Positions 48,738 to 61,900 of a DNA stretch of 64,000 nucleotides are shown here, in pieces. The translations under genes were made by a program, and so were the position numbers. How positions within the stretch are numbered: position 1 is the first letter of the stretch; every line of letters begins with the position of its first letter. The notes under the pieces were generated by a model. The model did no database searches. It saw only the letters and a list, made by a program, of their open reading frames with translations, and was not told where the DNA came from. Source of the stretch: Takakia lepidozioides (taxonomy: Eukaryota > Plantae > Bryophyta); contig CM060732.1 in the NCBI GenBank assembly GCA_030704615.1, forward strand, positions 28,396,001 through 28,460,000, given 5' to 3'.

Positions 48738-49841
48738 TGTCGCGCGGCTTTTACTCACCCATCCCTTCGCTATTCGAGGCGGAAACTCCAAGATAGAAGA
48801 GTTGGAAATCTCTAAGTACTCAGCCCGCGCAGAACAATCAGTCATGACCTACAGCTAGTGTATCATGGGGGTGTTTCCTATTTGTTTCCCTTTTGGTATT
48901 CATGTTAGCTATCTTACCATTGATAATTAAGTATCAGTTTGCTTTATCAATCTATTGGATTCCATCAGCTCATCCATTCAATTCACAGCTTCACTCAGAT
49001 CTCTCTACACAGTGTGATTGTATCGTAAAAGTATCCGATTATGATTTATCAGGTATCAGGCCGAAGCCATTGTGTCTCTAATCTGCTCTACAATATCATT
49101 ACAGCCTTGCATATATCAAGCATCTACTCATCATCTCTCTATCTTCACTTCCGTTCTTCATCTCTGCCCGATCCCCTCTCCTTCATGACAAGAAGTCCTC
49201 CTCCGAATGATGATCCTCAATTCCCCGTTTCTCCCTTTATCTTCCTCTCCGCGGTTCTAACCGTTTCCCTCGCTAACCGTCGTCTGTGAACTAACATGTT
49301 CCCTTCGCAGGTGTTGTTCCCCACAGTCGTTCCCTGTCCTACTCTTCGTTCCCTATGATCGTGACAGCTGTGTCAAGCTATGACTGGCTGTGTGAAACTG
49401 TGACGGGCTGTGACTGGCTGTGCGACTGTGTTTGGCTGTGTCAGGCTGTGACTGGCTGTGTGGCTGTGTCGGCTGTGTCGGCTGTGTCTGCTGTGACGAC
49501 TGTGACGGGCTGTGTTGGCTGTGTCGGCTGTGACGACTGTGTTTGGCTGTGTCGGGCTGTGACTGGCTGTGTGGCTGTGCCGGGCTGTGTCGGCTGTGTC
49601 GGCTGTGTTGGCTGTGACGACTGTGACGGGCTGTGTTGGCTGTGTCGGCTGTGACGACTGTGACGGGCTGTGTTGGCTGTGTTGGCTGTGATAACTGTGA
49701 CGACTGTGTTGGGCTGTGTAACCCCCCTCTATAGTGCGCTGCTGTCACCCCTAAGGTTCCTCTTGGTCTCAGTCTGTGCAAAAATTAAGGGTACCCTACA
49801 GATCCCGTATAAGTGTCTAAGTCCCCGACAGTCCTCTAACA
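48738..49841 (-). repeat. 3' LTR in inverted orientation (1104 bp)
   Basis: Reverse complement of 36278-37261. The 62-aa and 82-aa shadow ORFs are identical on opposite strands, and the tandem array is 120 bp longer. Confidence 0.92.
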
Positions 49842-50507
49842 GGGCTCAGCTCTGTAGGCCTCGCAAGGAAGGAGGGCTGGGCTTGCTGGATCCAGCTCTG
49901 CAAATTACGGCATTACTTGCAAAATGGATCCCTAGGTCGCTCACCAATGAAGGCAGGCCTTGGTGTAACTTAGTTCGAGAACACCAGGTTCGATCTTTCC
50001 CGGCAAATTCCACAACTTGGGCACCATCTCTCAAGTGGATGATGCATGGTCATGGGAAGACGAAAAAAGTTGGGCTCTGCAGCTTGGACCTCTATATGGG
50101 ATGCCCGGAGGATAATCCGACCTCATCTCACCCAGAGAAGAGCCAAATGCTTTGAGGAGGCTGTCAGGCAGCCCTTATTTGGCAATCTTCATCTGGATTA
50201 TGGCCCTTTGGCCTTGCTTCACAAACGATGGGCTACCAGGGAGGCAAAAGGACTCTCTCATATTGCGAGAGCTCCTATTCTGTCAGTTACCAACGCAATT
50301 CCATCAGTGACGAAGGTCAACGAAGGTGAACAAGAACATTTCAATCTGCCCAACGAACTTGCCCGGAAAAAAATGAATTTTAGAGTTTGAAATCGAATAA
50401 AAGATCGCATTCCAAAAAGCGAAAAGTACCTTATACAAGGACACAAGAGCTACCTTCGTTCAACTTAGGTCCAACAAATATATATATTTTTTGCCAGACA
50501 ACCAACA

Positions 50508-50570
50508 TGTAGCCCAATGGTAATGGGCACATACCACGTTGGATGTGGTTGTGGGTTCAAACCAAGGTCC
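50508..50570 (+). mobile_element. tRNA-derived SINE-like head
   Basis: A-box-like TAGCCCAATGG and B-box GGTTCAAACC at tRNA-like spacing; no cloverleaf could be supported. Confidence 0.35.
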
Positions 50571-50817
50571 GGTGTGTCATGAAGGTGTCCACCTTTCAGC
50601 TGGAAGGCAGTAGCCCTTGTGGTGAAGTGACACCATAAGTTACGCTCCCTTCGGGAGGCGCGTCATACTTTTATTTTATTTTTATTTTTTTGGCTAGCAT
50701 CATTGGACATTTCCGTAGCATACGATAATCCAAGCTAGAGATTAAAACGGCTAAAAAACATGCAGAATTCTTCCACTCTCATGTTGGTTTTTTTTTTTTT
50801 TTTTTTTTGGGTCCCAA

Positions 50818-51014
50818 CATCCATTTATTTCGTTTTTTACCTTTATGTTCTCCCGCTCAGCCTCCACCTTCGGCAGCCAAAGGTGCATGTCAGTACAATG
50901 TCGGTTTTATTTTTATTTTTATTTTTATTTCGACATCCATTTATTTCGTTTTTACCTTTATGTTCTCCCGCTCAGCCTCCACCTTCGGCAGCCAAAGGTG
51001 GCATGTCAGTACAA
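50818..51014 (+). repeat. Tandem duplication of an ~82-bp unit, each preceded by a T-rich tract
   Basis: catccatttatttcgttttt...ctcccgctcagcctccaccttcggcagccaaaggt(g)gcatgtcagtacaat occurs at 50818 and 50933. Confidence 0.8.
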
Positions 51015-52784
51015 TCCCGTATCATTTTTCATTATTGTTTCTCACAAATCCAAGCATACAATTACGGGCAGCCCGAGAAAAAATATTATATTGCCATGTG
51101 GCCGCCGTTTGCGCATCCACGTCACATAGATGGCTGATGGCTAATAGCTGATAGAATAGCAAACCTCTCATATTGCCAATGTCTTGGAAAATGGTTAGTT
51201 TATCCATTCCGGCCTCTTGTCCTCTCTAATTTCGGCCAGATCCATTGTTTGTGCTTGGGATCATATTAAAAGAGGGGTACAATACGTTCAGCCCTTACTA
51301 GTAGGGGGTCCATGCACAGCTAGCGAACTGCCAATATGGTTTGGATGCTCTCAAGGAAACTGCCGGCTTGCCCTCTTGGCCACCTCCACCTCTGCTAACC
51401 ATTGGGAAGGGCTTCTCTTCCAGGCTGGGAATGGTGGGCATTTGACCCTTCTAGGCACAAGAGAAATGCATCATGATCTAGCTTACCGGATACGAGTCTT
51501 TGAAACGTGACCTGTGTCGAGCTATGATCACACAGTCATGAAGCACCACAGCTGCGCAAAATTTAGGGGTACCCACTGCCTAAGCTGAGCAGAGCTTAGT
51601 AAGTGATGTGCAATCACAACAGTGGGGGCATTCTAGGGTGGCAGAGTTTGTGCGTTGGATACACCTTATTGAATTTCAATGCACTCTTTTGATTTGAAAT
51701 GGTCAGCTAGGTGGAATCATACTCATGGGGCTAATACTCATTGGAAAGTGGTATGGATTGATGTCTAGCGATAAAACAAGGCTTACATGTACACTGTTTT
51801 TCACATCATTTAGAGTATTTATAGGATCGTCTTCTCTATTTGTCATGTTGCTCGCATAGTTTTCCCATTTAGGTAATGATTACTGGCTAGTTTGGCCATA
51901 ATGGGTAACAACCAACATACACATACATTGTGACTTTGAACCCACGACCATTTGTAAGGCAAGAATATCACATGTTGGATACAAACTTGTTGATAGCATG
52001 ATATGTCGATTTTTGACCTACCAAGTCTTCCTTAACCCCTCTCAAGGGTGACACCAAACCCCGGAGTAACACTAAAAGTGACTCCAAATTGACACGGAAC
52101 CAATTGACATCACCGGAGTGACATTAGTAATTGAAGTGATATTAGAGTGGCATAGAAATGAGTGTCTCCACTCTAGTCGCGGGTGTACCTCCCCATTGTA
52201 GTCACAAAATTTGGACACGTATATAAAAGTACAAAAAAGATGTGAGACCATACACCGGAGTGACATGAAACATGTGACATCAGATGGATGACACGGACCA
52301 AGGTGACATAACCATCAAGGAAGAATCAAAATCATATATCTCATAGCTACTATTATCATCGCCTTACCAATAGAGTACGCAACATTACACATTAACCACC
52401 AACGACATTCTGAATCTTTAATAGCGAGTAAAGATAAGTCTAGTGGGTGTGGAGGATTTGACAAGGGCTGCAAGAGAAGTTGACGTTATCAAAAATCGGT
52501 GAAAATATCTTGAGATTGAACATGCAATATAATGTTTACATTATTTCTATTGGTTTCTGTTGGCGTAACCGCCCAACCTACTATAATACTAAAAGTGTAA
52601 AATTGAAAATATAACCTAGTCGGCATCATGAACTACTCATAAAGTGGGAAGCATCCCAAAGGGAAGATAATAGGAATAATGTAAAACTTAATGCTCACGT
52701 GCAACCTTTGACAGGATGGTACGCCGGTTTTTGGCATGTCAAATCTTCCCCACCCTCTCATGAAAGTGACATGGAACTGAAGGA

Positions 52785-53112
52785 GTGTAAACTCGAGTCG
52801 GGGTTACACTGGGTTACACGACAAGGTGTGTAACTCCACTTGGGGTTACATCGGGTTACACGACGAGGTGTGTAACTCCACTTGGGGTTACATCGGGTTA
52901 CATGACGAGGTGTGTAACTCCACTCGGGGTGACACAGAATGGAGTGTAACTCCTCTTGGTGTAACTCACACTTGGTCGCGAAATTTGAGTAAGTCCAAAT
53001 TTGGTTTAAGTATAAAATGGACTAACCAGAGTTACATGAGAAACCGGGGTTATAGAGGGTTACATCGATTCGAGGGTTATACTACCGGGATTACACCGAC
53101 TAGGGTTACACT
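52785..53112. repeat. 42-bp tandem repeat (3 copies) plus dispersed GGGTTACAC/GTGTAAC motifs; probable DNA-transposon subterminal region
   Basis: ggggttacatcgggttacacgacgaggtgtgtaactccactt x3 (52800-52927). The motif recurs on both strands up to 53110. Confidence 0.75.
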
Positions 53113-56100
53113 ACAAGCGCCTGCCATCAAGAATCGAACCCTGAACCTCGCCTATCACCTTACCATCATGCTACCCACCGCAACCTGCAACCCACTTGGA
53201 TTCTTAAGTATTTAATAGTGAAACTGAGGTAAGAGGGGGTGGGGAGGCCTTTGGAATCTGGCGAAAGTACCGTCAGATCACACGCGTCCATTAAGTTCTT
53301 ACATTATTTCTATTGTCTTCCATCCCAAAGCCACCATACTAGGTAGGATAGAATAATTTAGTATCTCCTAACAAAGGTTAGCTAATAAAAGAGACCCGGA
53401 AGGCATAATCCTATACCCTTTACAAATTAGCAACTTAGGATATGTGTAAGCAAAAAGAACTACAAAAATAAATGAAAACACTATGAACTTTCTTAACAGA
53501 AAATGATATGAAATTACATTCTATACGGTCTAAGTGGCTTGAAGTTGAGGTACATTTGATTGTCAAGTTCCTAATTATTTTGCAATGTTAGCTGATGTCG
53601 TTGTCAAGATCAATAAAGGGCTAGACCTAAAGCCTCTAGTCAATGGCAAGGTTGTTCTGAAACTTGCATAAATTCATAACTTAGGAACACAAGATCAAAG
53701 TGCCAGCCCCAAGAATTATTGTATAACTTGCTAAAAAAATTTACTTTCAAATAATAAGTCAGGAAAAAATATGAATATTAATGGAAAGATTTGTAATTTT
53801 GTTGTAAAGACCTTTGAACACCATTGTTTTCCATGGAATTTTTCTCGCACATATACCTAGAGTATTGAGCAACAATGTCAAAAATTCCATATACAAAGAT
53901 TGATTAGTAAATGGATCAGAACATTATCCGCACACAACGTAATGATAGACTAGACTAAATGGATGTTAAAACGTGAAGCTTATGTGAGCCCACCATTTTC
54001 AGTAAGCCTAGACCTATAAACTGCGGAAGAAGTCTAAGAAAGATGCGATGAGCCATAGACCTTGCAAACATGTTGAATCCACAAAACAAAAATGAAACCA
54101 CAAACAAAGCCATCGGATGGATTTCAAACGAGGATATCCAAACATCATACTTGAGACCAGTAAGAACAAAACATTATGTAAAATATGCCTAGACATTCAG
54201 GGAAACATCAATAAATTTTATTTCCCATGATCCTTCATAACCAATATCATGTTCAAGAATATATGGAAGTAATGGTGCAACTAGAACTAATACTACCCCC
54301 TGAAACGAAGGCACTATCATCTACAAATACCCTAGCTTGGCATACGAATGTCTCCAAATATAGTTGGAGTTCATAGGACTGGGTGATCATCGAATGATAG
54401 ACACAACTACCGTGCAATTACCACCGTGTACTCGGGCAGATGGAGGTACTCAACTAGAAACACTCAATTTTCCCTATCATCTCTATAGCTAACAACCTCT
54501 CCTTACAGAACTTCTAAACGTCATCTCTCCCTCTAATGTCACCTTCATCTTGTCACTCATAACTCAATTTCAGCAGGTCCATCTTTCACACCTGTTTCTC
54601 TCTCTCTTTTTTAGCAGTGGGAGGGGGCCAAAAATGAGTCCGTTACCATATATAGTTTCAATCTTCTCTCCTACTTGTCTATCTCAACTTTGTCACACCT
54701 CTGATCTCTATTTCTTTTGCAATCAACCTCTCCAAATTGATGCTTCTACGAACACATGTACAAATGCGAGACAATGGTTGACAACGAATGTTTTGACAGG
54801 CTGCAACATCATTCAATCTACATTGCACAATACTTCAGAACAGGCCATTACCTTGATCTGGCTCTTCAAACACTTGCACATCATGGGCTGGACATTCCAA
54901 TAATGATACTTCACGATTACCTCATTTGTAGGTTCAGAAAGCTCTTCCGCACCAACTGTATGATGTTTATGACGCACGGTACCTGCAGCTGCAACATAGT
55001 TATCTATATCTGGCAAGATATCCCAATGGTCCACTTGGCAAGGAGACCATGCATGAGTACCAGATCTGGGCCCGGGCTGAGTACCAAAGGAAGGAAAGTG
55101 GGCTTGAAGCGTTTGTTGAAGCCACTCTTGCATAGTAAGTTAACCGTCACCTGCAACAAAGTGTAATCCTTGTGAGAACCCTAATCTCTGACATTGCCCA
55201 ACATCAACAGAAGACACCTAACCAATCAGCTGCCCATACGTCTCTAGAGAAAGCCTCCAGGTTGCAAGCCTGAAAATCCATGGAAACCCTATGCACACTG
55301 TTCATGATACCCTATTGGCACGATTACAACACAGATAGTTTATCTATTATCTATTATCTTCAAAAGCATAAAACACTATTTTAACTAATTCTGGACTTTT
55401 GTTTGGTCCAGAAATAATATAAGATATATGAATAAATATAATCTATAATAGAAATAAAGAGATATATCTATAATTATTTGGCTATTTGTGCACTATATAA
55501 CAACGAATTATATAATCCTCCACACATTCTACGCATAAATACAAGTATGTATTGTGGTCTTAGAGGAACATCCACTGCCAAGTTGACGTTCATTAAAAGG
55601 AATGGGAGGATGCAATGAATCAAACAACGATGAGAGCTCCGATATCCAAAATGACATACACAAACAAACAGAACAATGGCAGAACCAATGAAACAATGAT
55701 GGCATGTGATGAAGATGACAACATGGAAAAACGAGTCTGTCGGGACCTGATTGATGATATCAAACATTCATATTTTATTTGAGATTGTATCATTCAAGGC
55801 AATGGACCAACAGAAAAATGAACGTCAATTGTCCATCCGTTCATGGACTTAATGCCATACAAGCCATAGATTCTGAAGCCATAGAACCGTTACAGCTTAC
55901 ACTAACTCATTAATAATACTGAGCCTCCTCCCAAACTGCTCACAGTCAAGGCATGTGTCCGAAGACACCTCCGGTTACCACAACCACTTGCAACGGTCTC
56001 CGCACCAGAGGAAACGGAGATACTTTCAGGAAGGTGAAACCGGCTGACATTGTCATCTGAAATATTATTGCCAACTCTACTTGATGCACTTGAAGCCTCC

Positions 56101-56569
56101 CGGCACGCCCGCCATTCTTCCCAATCACGCAATTATTTATTTATTTCTAGAATTTGTTCCTTCAATGTAACTGGGGACACGCGGTTGAAATGACAAATGT
56201 TAGGCCCAAAGTGGAAGTTTTGCATAATGAGGATTTATTGAGGTAAGAGTGCAAATGCAAATGCAAAAGAATTGGAAAATCAAATTATGAACAAACAACA
56301 GAACAGTGGGATTCACGTGCCTACTAACGTAATCAGGTTCCTTTTGTTGTGGGATCCAAACACGAGGATCAAGATATCTTCCATACCAGGCCCAGCAGAC
56401 ATGGTCTTGACCAATAGGCTTATGAGAACACTTTGTCCGGTTCTCGCTAATGTAATCAACGACTGTTGAAGCTCCAGCCATCTCCGATATATATGGCCAC
56501 AATGCCTTTGTCATATCATCCCGGTCACGCAAGCCGTTTGGTGATGGCTTGAATGAGAAAGGGAATAAT

Positions 56570-56975
56570 CACTAGTACAGATTATCATTTTTATGACTGC
56601 AAATATCACTACATTTGCAGTGATAAGTGCGATTATTACTACATCACTCTGCAGTGAAAAACACGAAGTCAGTTCTATCATCACTGCGGAGTGATAAGTG
56701 CGAAGTGATGGTCATCACTGCAGACGTGGCACCTGCCCAACGACTCAGAGTGACGTGGGGTGTAGTCATAATTATACGACTACAAGGCTACGTGTCAGAC
56801 TACACTTACGACTACGTCACTACAGATGAGCGCCAACATGGAGAGGTCTCTCCATGACACGTGTGACCCCACGGATGTATATGACTACACTTATGACTAT
56901 ATCACTACTCACTACATCACTGAGGGTAGCATGTAGCATATTTCATGACTACAAATATGACTCCATCACTATAGC
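56570..56975 (+). mobile_element. CACTA (En/Spm) transposon terminus with subterminal repeats
   Basis: CACTAGTACAG start followed by dense direct and inverted ATCACTGC/GCAGTGAT/GACTAC motifs. The other end was not identified. Confidence 0.65.
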
Positions 56976-57999
56976 TTTATTCTGGTTTTGGTAGGTCATC
57001 TAAAACGTGTCTTTATTCAATTAGTTTATAAAACCATTAATGTTATTTTATTTATTAATGTTATTTAAATTTTATTTATCGTTTTGATATTCAAAAGTGT
57101 ATAAATATACAGAGCAATATAGTTAATTGAATGAAAGAATTTCACACAAATACATAGATTGTCTCTCGAATGTCGCTCATACTACAAAAATCCAATGGGA
57201 AAAATGTTCCCATGGATGCCACAAAGGCTCTACAATCAAGAAGCCTGAAAGGCCACATGGATAAATAACCAAGCCTCAAAAGCTACAAGTCCCAAAACCC
57301 AAGCCCACTTAGGGGCAGCAGTCCACTAGTACTCCTACAATTGAAGAGCTCTATTTATATATCACCACTGTGGCATATTTTCAACGACATTGCATCATCT
57401 TTCAGGAGCTTCAGGCTCCAAATTGTGGTGTTTCCTACCACCTGCCTCAACTCTCTCAGAGGAGCATTACTTATGCTCGCCTCTTTGATGGATAGAGCAG
57501 CATAATCGAGTGGCACCACAGGGTACCCATCACGCACCATGCTCCCTTGCAGACCAACAAAAAGTCCACATCCAACCTTGGTGCATTTGCTGTTGACATC
57601 AAATAGCCGAACATGATCTCCTACCTTGAACTGTCATCCCAACTCCCAAATACATAGAAGTATATATCAAAACTCCTTAGAAGTGCTGGACTAGCAACCA
57701 GCTACATACAATAGCAGCCCAAAAGTAACTACTGCTCAGGGGATTGCCTAAAGGTCAAGGCCTCGTGCAGGTTAGCTGCCAAGCATTTCTGATCCTCAAA
57801 ATGCAAGACTTCAGTGACAGATTGAGTCCCATGGAATAGACCATCAGATTCTACCCATGCAGGTTTATTGTAGCTATTGATCCACAGGGAATCATAGGTA
57901 ATCTTGTGCTTGAAATCTGACCCCCTTGGATGAATCTGGACCCACACTCTATCTCTGCTCCTTTAGGTATCCATGCCTATGCATTCATCCTTGCCTTGC

Positions 58000-58987
58000 T
58001 ACTAGCAGCAGCCTATATTTGTTCTAGGAAACACCCAACTCAGCTTATCACACTAGTTCCTATGCTGATATTGCGTCTGCTACTCTCTGAAATGTAACAG
58101 GCATTCACCTTTTTGCCTCAGTTGTCCCACCATTGACTGGGGTAAGAAAAGTAATCATTCCACAGCTTCTCGTCATTTGCCCCTAGGTCTCCAAAGCCTC
58201 ATCCCGCGCCCTTGTTATGCATATCCTGCAATCATCACTCCACAATACCACATATCGTTCAGCCATACTGTTGAACACTCCCTTTGCATCCTCAATGCAC
58301 CCACATTTGGCATACATGTCCACCAGGGCAGTGTTCAAAATGACAGGTGCAATTGCAGATTTGATGATGTCATCATGCATCTCTTTGCCCTTTTCCAGGG
58401 TTGCCAGGCTTGCACAAGCATTGCAAACACACAAACGTGATCTGGTTACATTTCACCTCTTCCCCCCCTCATTTGCTCATAGGTCTTGCCTCCATCTCGC
58501 GCCCCTGCTGTGCATATCCTGCAAGCATGGCATTCCATGACACCATATCTTGTTCAGCCATATTATCGAACACTCCCTTTGCATCCTTGATGCACCCACA
58601 TCTTGGATACATGTCCACTAGGGTATTGTACTTCAGAATGACATCGGGTACAATCCAGCTCTGACAATGTCACTATGGACCTCTTTGCCTTTTTCCAGGG
58701 CTTCCAGGCTTGCACATGCATTCCAAATGCACACAAACGTGATGTGTTTGGGCTTCACCCCTTCCCCCATCATTTGATCCTAGGTCTCCAAAGCCTCCAT
58801 ACCAAGTCCCTGCTGTGCATACTCTGCAAGCATCGCATTCCACGACACCACATCTCATTCAGCCATAGTGTTGAAAACTCCCTTCGCATCCTTAATGCAC
58901 CCACATTTCGCATACATGTCCACTAGGGCAGTGTTCAAAATAACATCTGGTACAATTCCAGCTTTGACGATGTCAGCATGGACCTCT
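58000..58987 (-). pseudogene. PLS-class PPR gene, frameshifted and truncated by an LTR insertion
   Basis: Repeated EVHADIVKAG...VILNTALVDMYAKCG.I.DAKGVF..MAE.D.V.WNAMLAGYAQQG units with frameshifts; cut at 58988 by the LTR. Confidence 0.85.
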
Positions 58988-61900
58988 TGTCGGGCGGCTT
59001 TTACTCACCCATCCCTTCGCTATCCGAGGTGGAAACTCCAAGATAGAAGAGTTGGATATCTCTAAGCACTCAGCCCGCTCAGAACAATCAGTCATGACCT
59101 GCAGCTAGTGAATCATGGTTGTGCTTCATATTTGTATTCCTTCTTGCCTTCATGTTATCAATTTACCTTACCGTGTATACTGAAGCATCAGATTGCTTCA
59201 GTATCTACTAAGTTCCAGTTAATCATGCATTCATCCCACAGCTTCACTCATGTCTCTCTACACAGTGTGATTGTATCGAATAAGTATCAGATTATGATTT
59301 ATCAGGTATCAGGCCAATGCCATGGTGACTCTAATCTGCCCTACAATATCACTACAGCTTTGCATGTACAAGCATCTACTGTTCATCTCTCCTCCTCTCC
59401 GTGCTCTCATTCTTGCTCTCCGCCTGATCTCCTCTCATCCATGACCAAGAAGCACTCCCCGTGAAGTCCCCTCTTCCTGTTGCCGTTCTCCTTAATCTAC
59501 CCCCAAGCTGTTCTAACCACCTAACTAACTAACCGTCACCCCTGAAGTAACACGTTCCCCCTGCAGATGTCGTTCCCACACAGTCATTCTCTGTCAATGA
59601 TAACTGTTCCCCATGTACTGTGACAGACTGTGTCAAGCTGTGCCGAGCTGTGACTGGCTGTGTAAAGCGGGCTGTGACTGGCTGTGTGAAGCTGTGTCAG
59701 GCTGTGCAAAGCTGTGGCGGCTGTGACGGGCTGTGTGAAGCTGTGCGAAACTGTGGCGGGCTGTGTAAAGCTGTGTCGGGCTGTGTAACCCCCCTAAAGC
59801 CTGCTGCTGCCACCCCTAAGGCTCCTGTTGGTCTCAATCTGCGCAAAAATTAAGGGTACCCCACTGAACCCGTAAAAGCGTCTAAGTCCCAAGCAGCCCT
59901 TTAACATTACCCCTCCCCCTCTCAAAAAGCCGTGTCCTCACGGTTTACTTTTTGGGATTAGCAAACCTTTGTGAGCGAGCACCCTTCTGACGGTGAGAGT
60001 CTCGCGAAGGACTCTGTGTGCGAGCCTGAGTCCAGTCACTGGTGGATGGAGATGATTGAGCACTACCTGGAAATGTCTGACCCTCCTTTGGCTGATAACG
60101 AGGTAACCTCTCAGGCATAGGAGATCCCCGTTGTTTCTTCTCTGCCATCTGAAGTGCATAGTCCTCTGCCATGTCAAAAGAGTCCGCTGAACAAATAGTA
60201 GTATCAGAATCCTCGTCCCCCCTTAGGTGTTTTAACAGCCGAATTTTAAGTGGAATCTTGTGTGGCATACAATGTGGTCCCACCATGTCTGGAAGTTTAA
60301 ACTGTACAACTTGTTGTAAGCGTTTGCAAGCAAAATTAGTGAACGTCCTGAACTCCTTATCTGTATAGGTAAGAGGTGTGCCAATGACTTTGGAACAGTG
60401 TAAGTATTTCCAGGCTTCATGTCCCTTAAAGAAAATATCCTCAGGGCCAAATTTCTGTGTTGTCAAACTGTTCCAAGCCGAATGAAACCATGTACGAAGT
60501 TGGGAATCCTTTTGCATCATAATTTTTGCATCATATAGGTACATATGAGGTGGCACTGAAGATAAGACCCAATGATCCCCACTGGAATAACTCAGAAATT
60601 GCGATTGCATCCTCTGCTGCTCAATGTGATAACGTGCCAGAAAACAAGCAACATAGTATAAGCCACAGCCCATGACAATACTTGATACCTCATTGGTCTT
60701 GGTATAAATGTACCCATGTACAACTTGGAACACAATTAATTCCCTTAGCATGGTACCTGCTTCAGACCAGTACCTCGCAAAGTGATGATCCTCAATGGGT
60801 CGATTGCTCGGAATAACCTTAGTCCGAGTTGTCACCGGCAACCAAATGCACATGATCTGGTAGTAATGTGCCAAGGACTGCGGAGGACTTAATTCCTTCC
60901 AAGCCAAATCCAACACAATGGGAATTTGGTTGAAGGGCATAATCATAGCCCGACTGTACTCTCGTGCAGCAGGAGTCTTAGGTGGGTTAAAAAGCAGCAT
61001 CTCCCCATACCTCAGGTTGTGGTGTGGCTGTAGTAACAATAGGGTCAGCTACTTGCACAACCACCTGCTGTGGTAATTGTACCACTGACCCTTCTACCAC
61101 TAGCATCTCCTGTACCGGTATCTCCTGCACCCCCTACAAAGAAGATTGAAAAATTAGAGACCTGGTATGTAAATAAGTAGCCATGAGCTGCTCCTCAGGA
61201 ACAAAGACTCTCTTGTCAATATTTGAACTCAGGTCATCCACTTGAGTCTGCAGACCGTCCACGTCCTCCTGTAGCTCCGCTATTCTACTATAGACATTGT
61301 CTGTAGTAGTTGTGGCAATGTTCTGCACCTGCAATCTGAGCTCATTCATCTCGCCCTGGGTGAGCTTTCGTGGTGCTTTGCCTTCTACCGGCCCTTGTGC
61401 TAACCAGACCTGCATAAGGTGGTTATCCACCAAGTCGTGTGTGGCACCCCTGAGAGTTTGCTCCTCCGTGAGTCTGTACACATCTATCTGCTATTGTAAA
61501 GCCTCAATGCGCTTAGCATGAGGTTCAACCAGACTCGCATAGGCAGCAGCCAGATTATTGGCTTCCTTCCAAGCCTTGTTAGCCACAGAAAGTTCATTTC
61601 TATTGACCATGACTGTTTGTTGCAACTCCAGGATGTACCTCTCCTGGTCAGCCTCATCCTGTCTATATTGTTTGAAAGTATTCTCATTGCGACAGATTGT
61701 ATTCTTCATATCAACAATGAGTTTCGCTTGCTCTATTATCTCAGCTTCTGCCCTCATACATCTCTCTCCTTGTCTGTTAACTTCTGATGCAGTTTGCTCA
61801 AGAGTAGTTGTGAGTGTAGCATATTGTATGGTCATCTTCTCATGTACTGCCTCCAACTCTGTATGTAGTACATTCACTTCTTGCAACTTGCCCTCATGCT

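Larger units (their letters stand above)
36278..49841 (+). mobile_element. 13.56-kb non-chromovirus Ty3/Gypsy retrotransposon with inverted LTRs and accessory ORFs; TSD GGGCT
   Basis: GGGCT|TGTTAGAGG...CCTCTAACA|GGGCT. PBS after the 5' LTR, gag-PR-RT-RH-IN order, PPT before the 3' repeat. Confidence 0.93.
29150..50450 (+). mobile_element. L1-type LINE ORF2, decayed and split into 29150-29556 (AP endonuclease), ~35348-36277 (RT) and 49842-~50450 (post-RT)
   Basis: IIFLQEHKL, SRGGTAIVIS, LINVYAPN; then EQSGFLKGRTILDNI, LDF.KAFDNIDW, SMYADDTTLF, SGLKINWNKS. LVSWA|QLCRPRKEGGLG is rejoined across the 13.5-kb insertion. Confidence 0.88.

Noticed and set aside
36278-49841. DIRS-type element, because of the inverted terminal repeats
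   Set aside because: It has a DDE integrase, a protease, PBS/PPT and a 5-bp TSD, and no tyrosine recombinase motif was recognised.
36278-49841. Two independent insertions (element plus an oppositely oriented solo LTR)
   Set aside because: One TSD (GGGCT) brackets the whole unit, the inverted LTR has no TSD of its own, and no direct 3' LTR remains.
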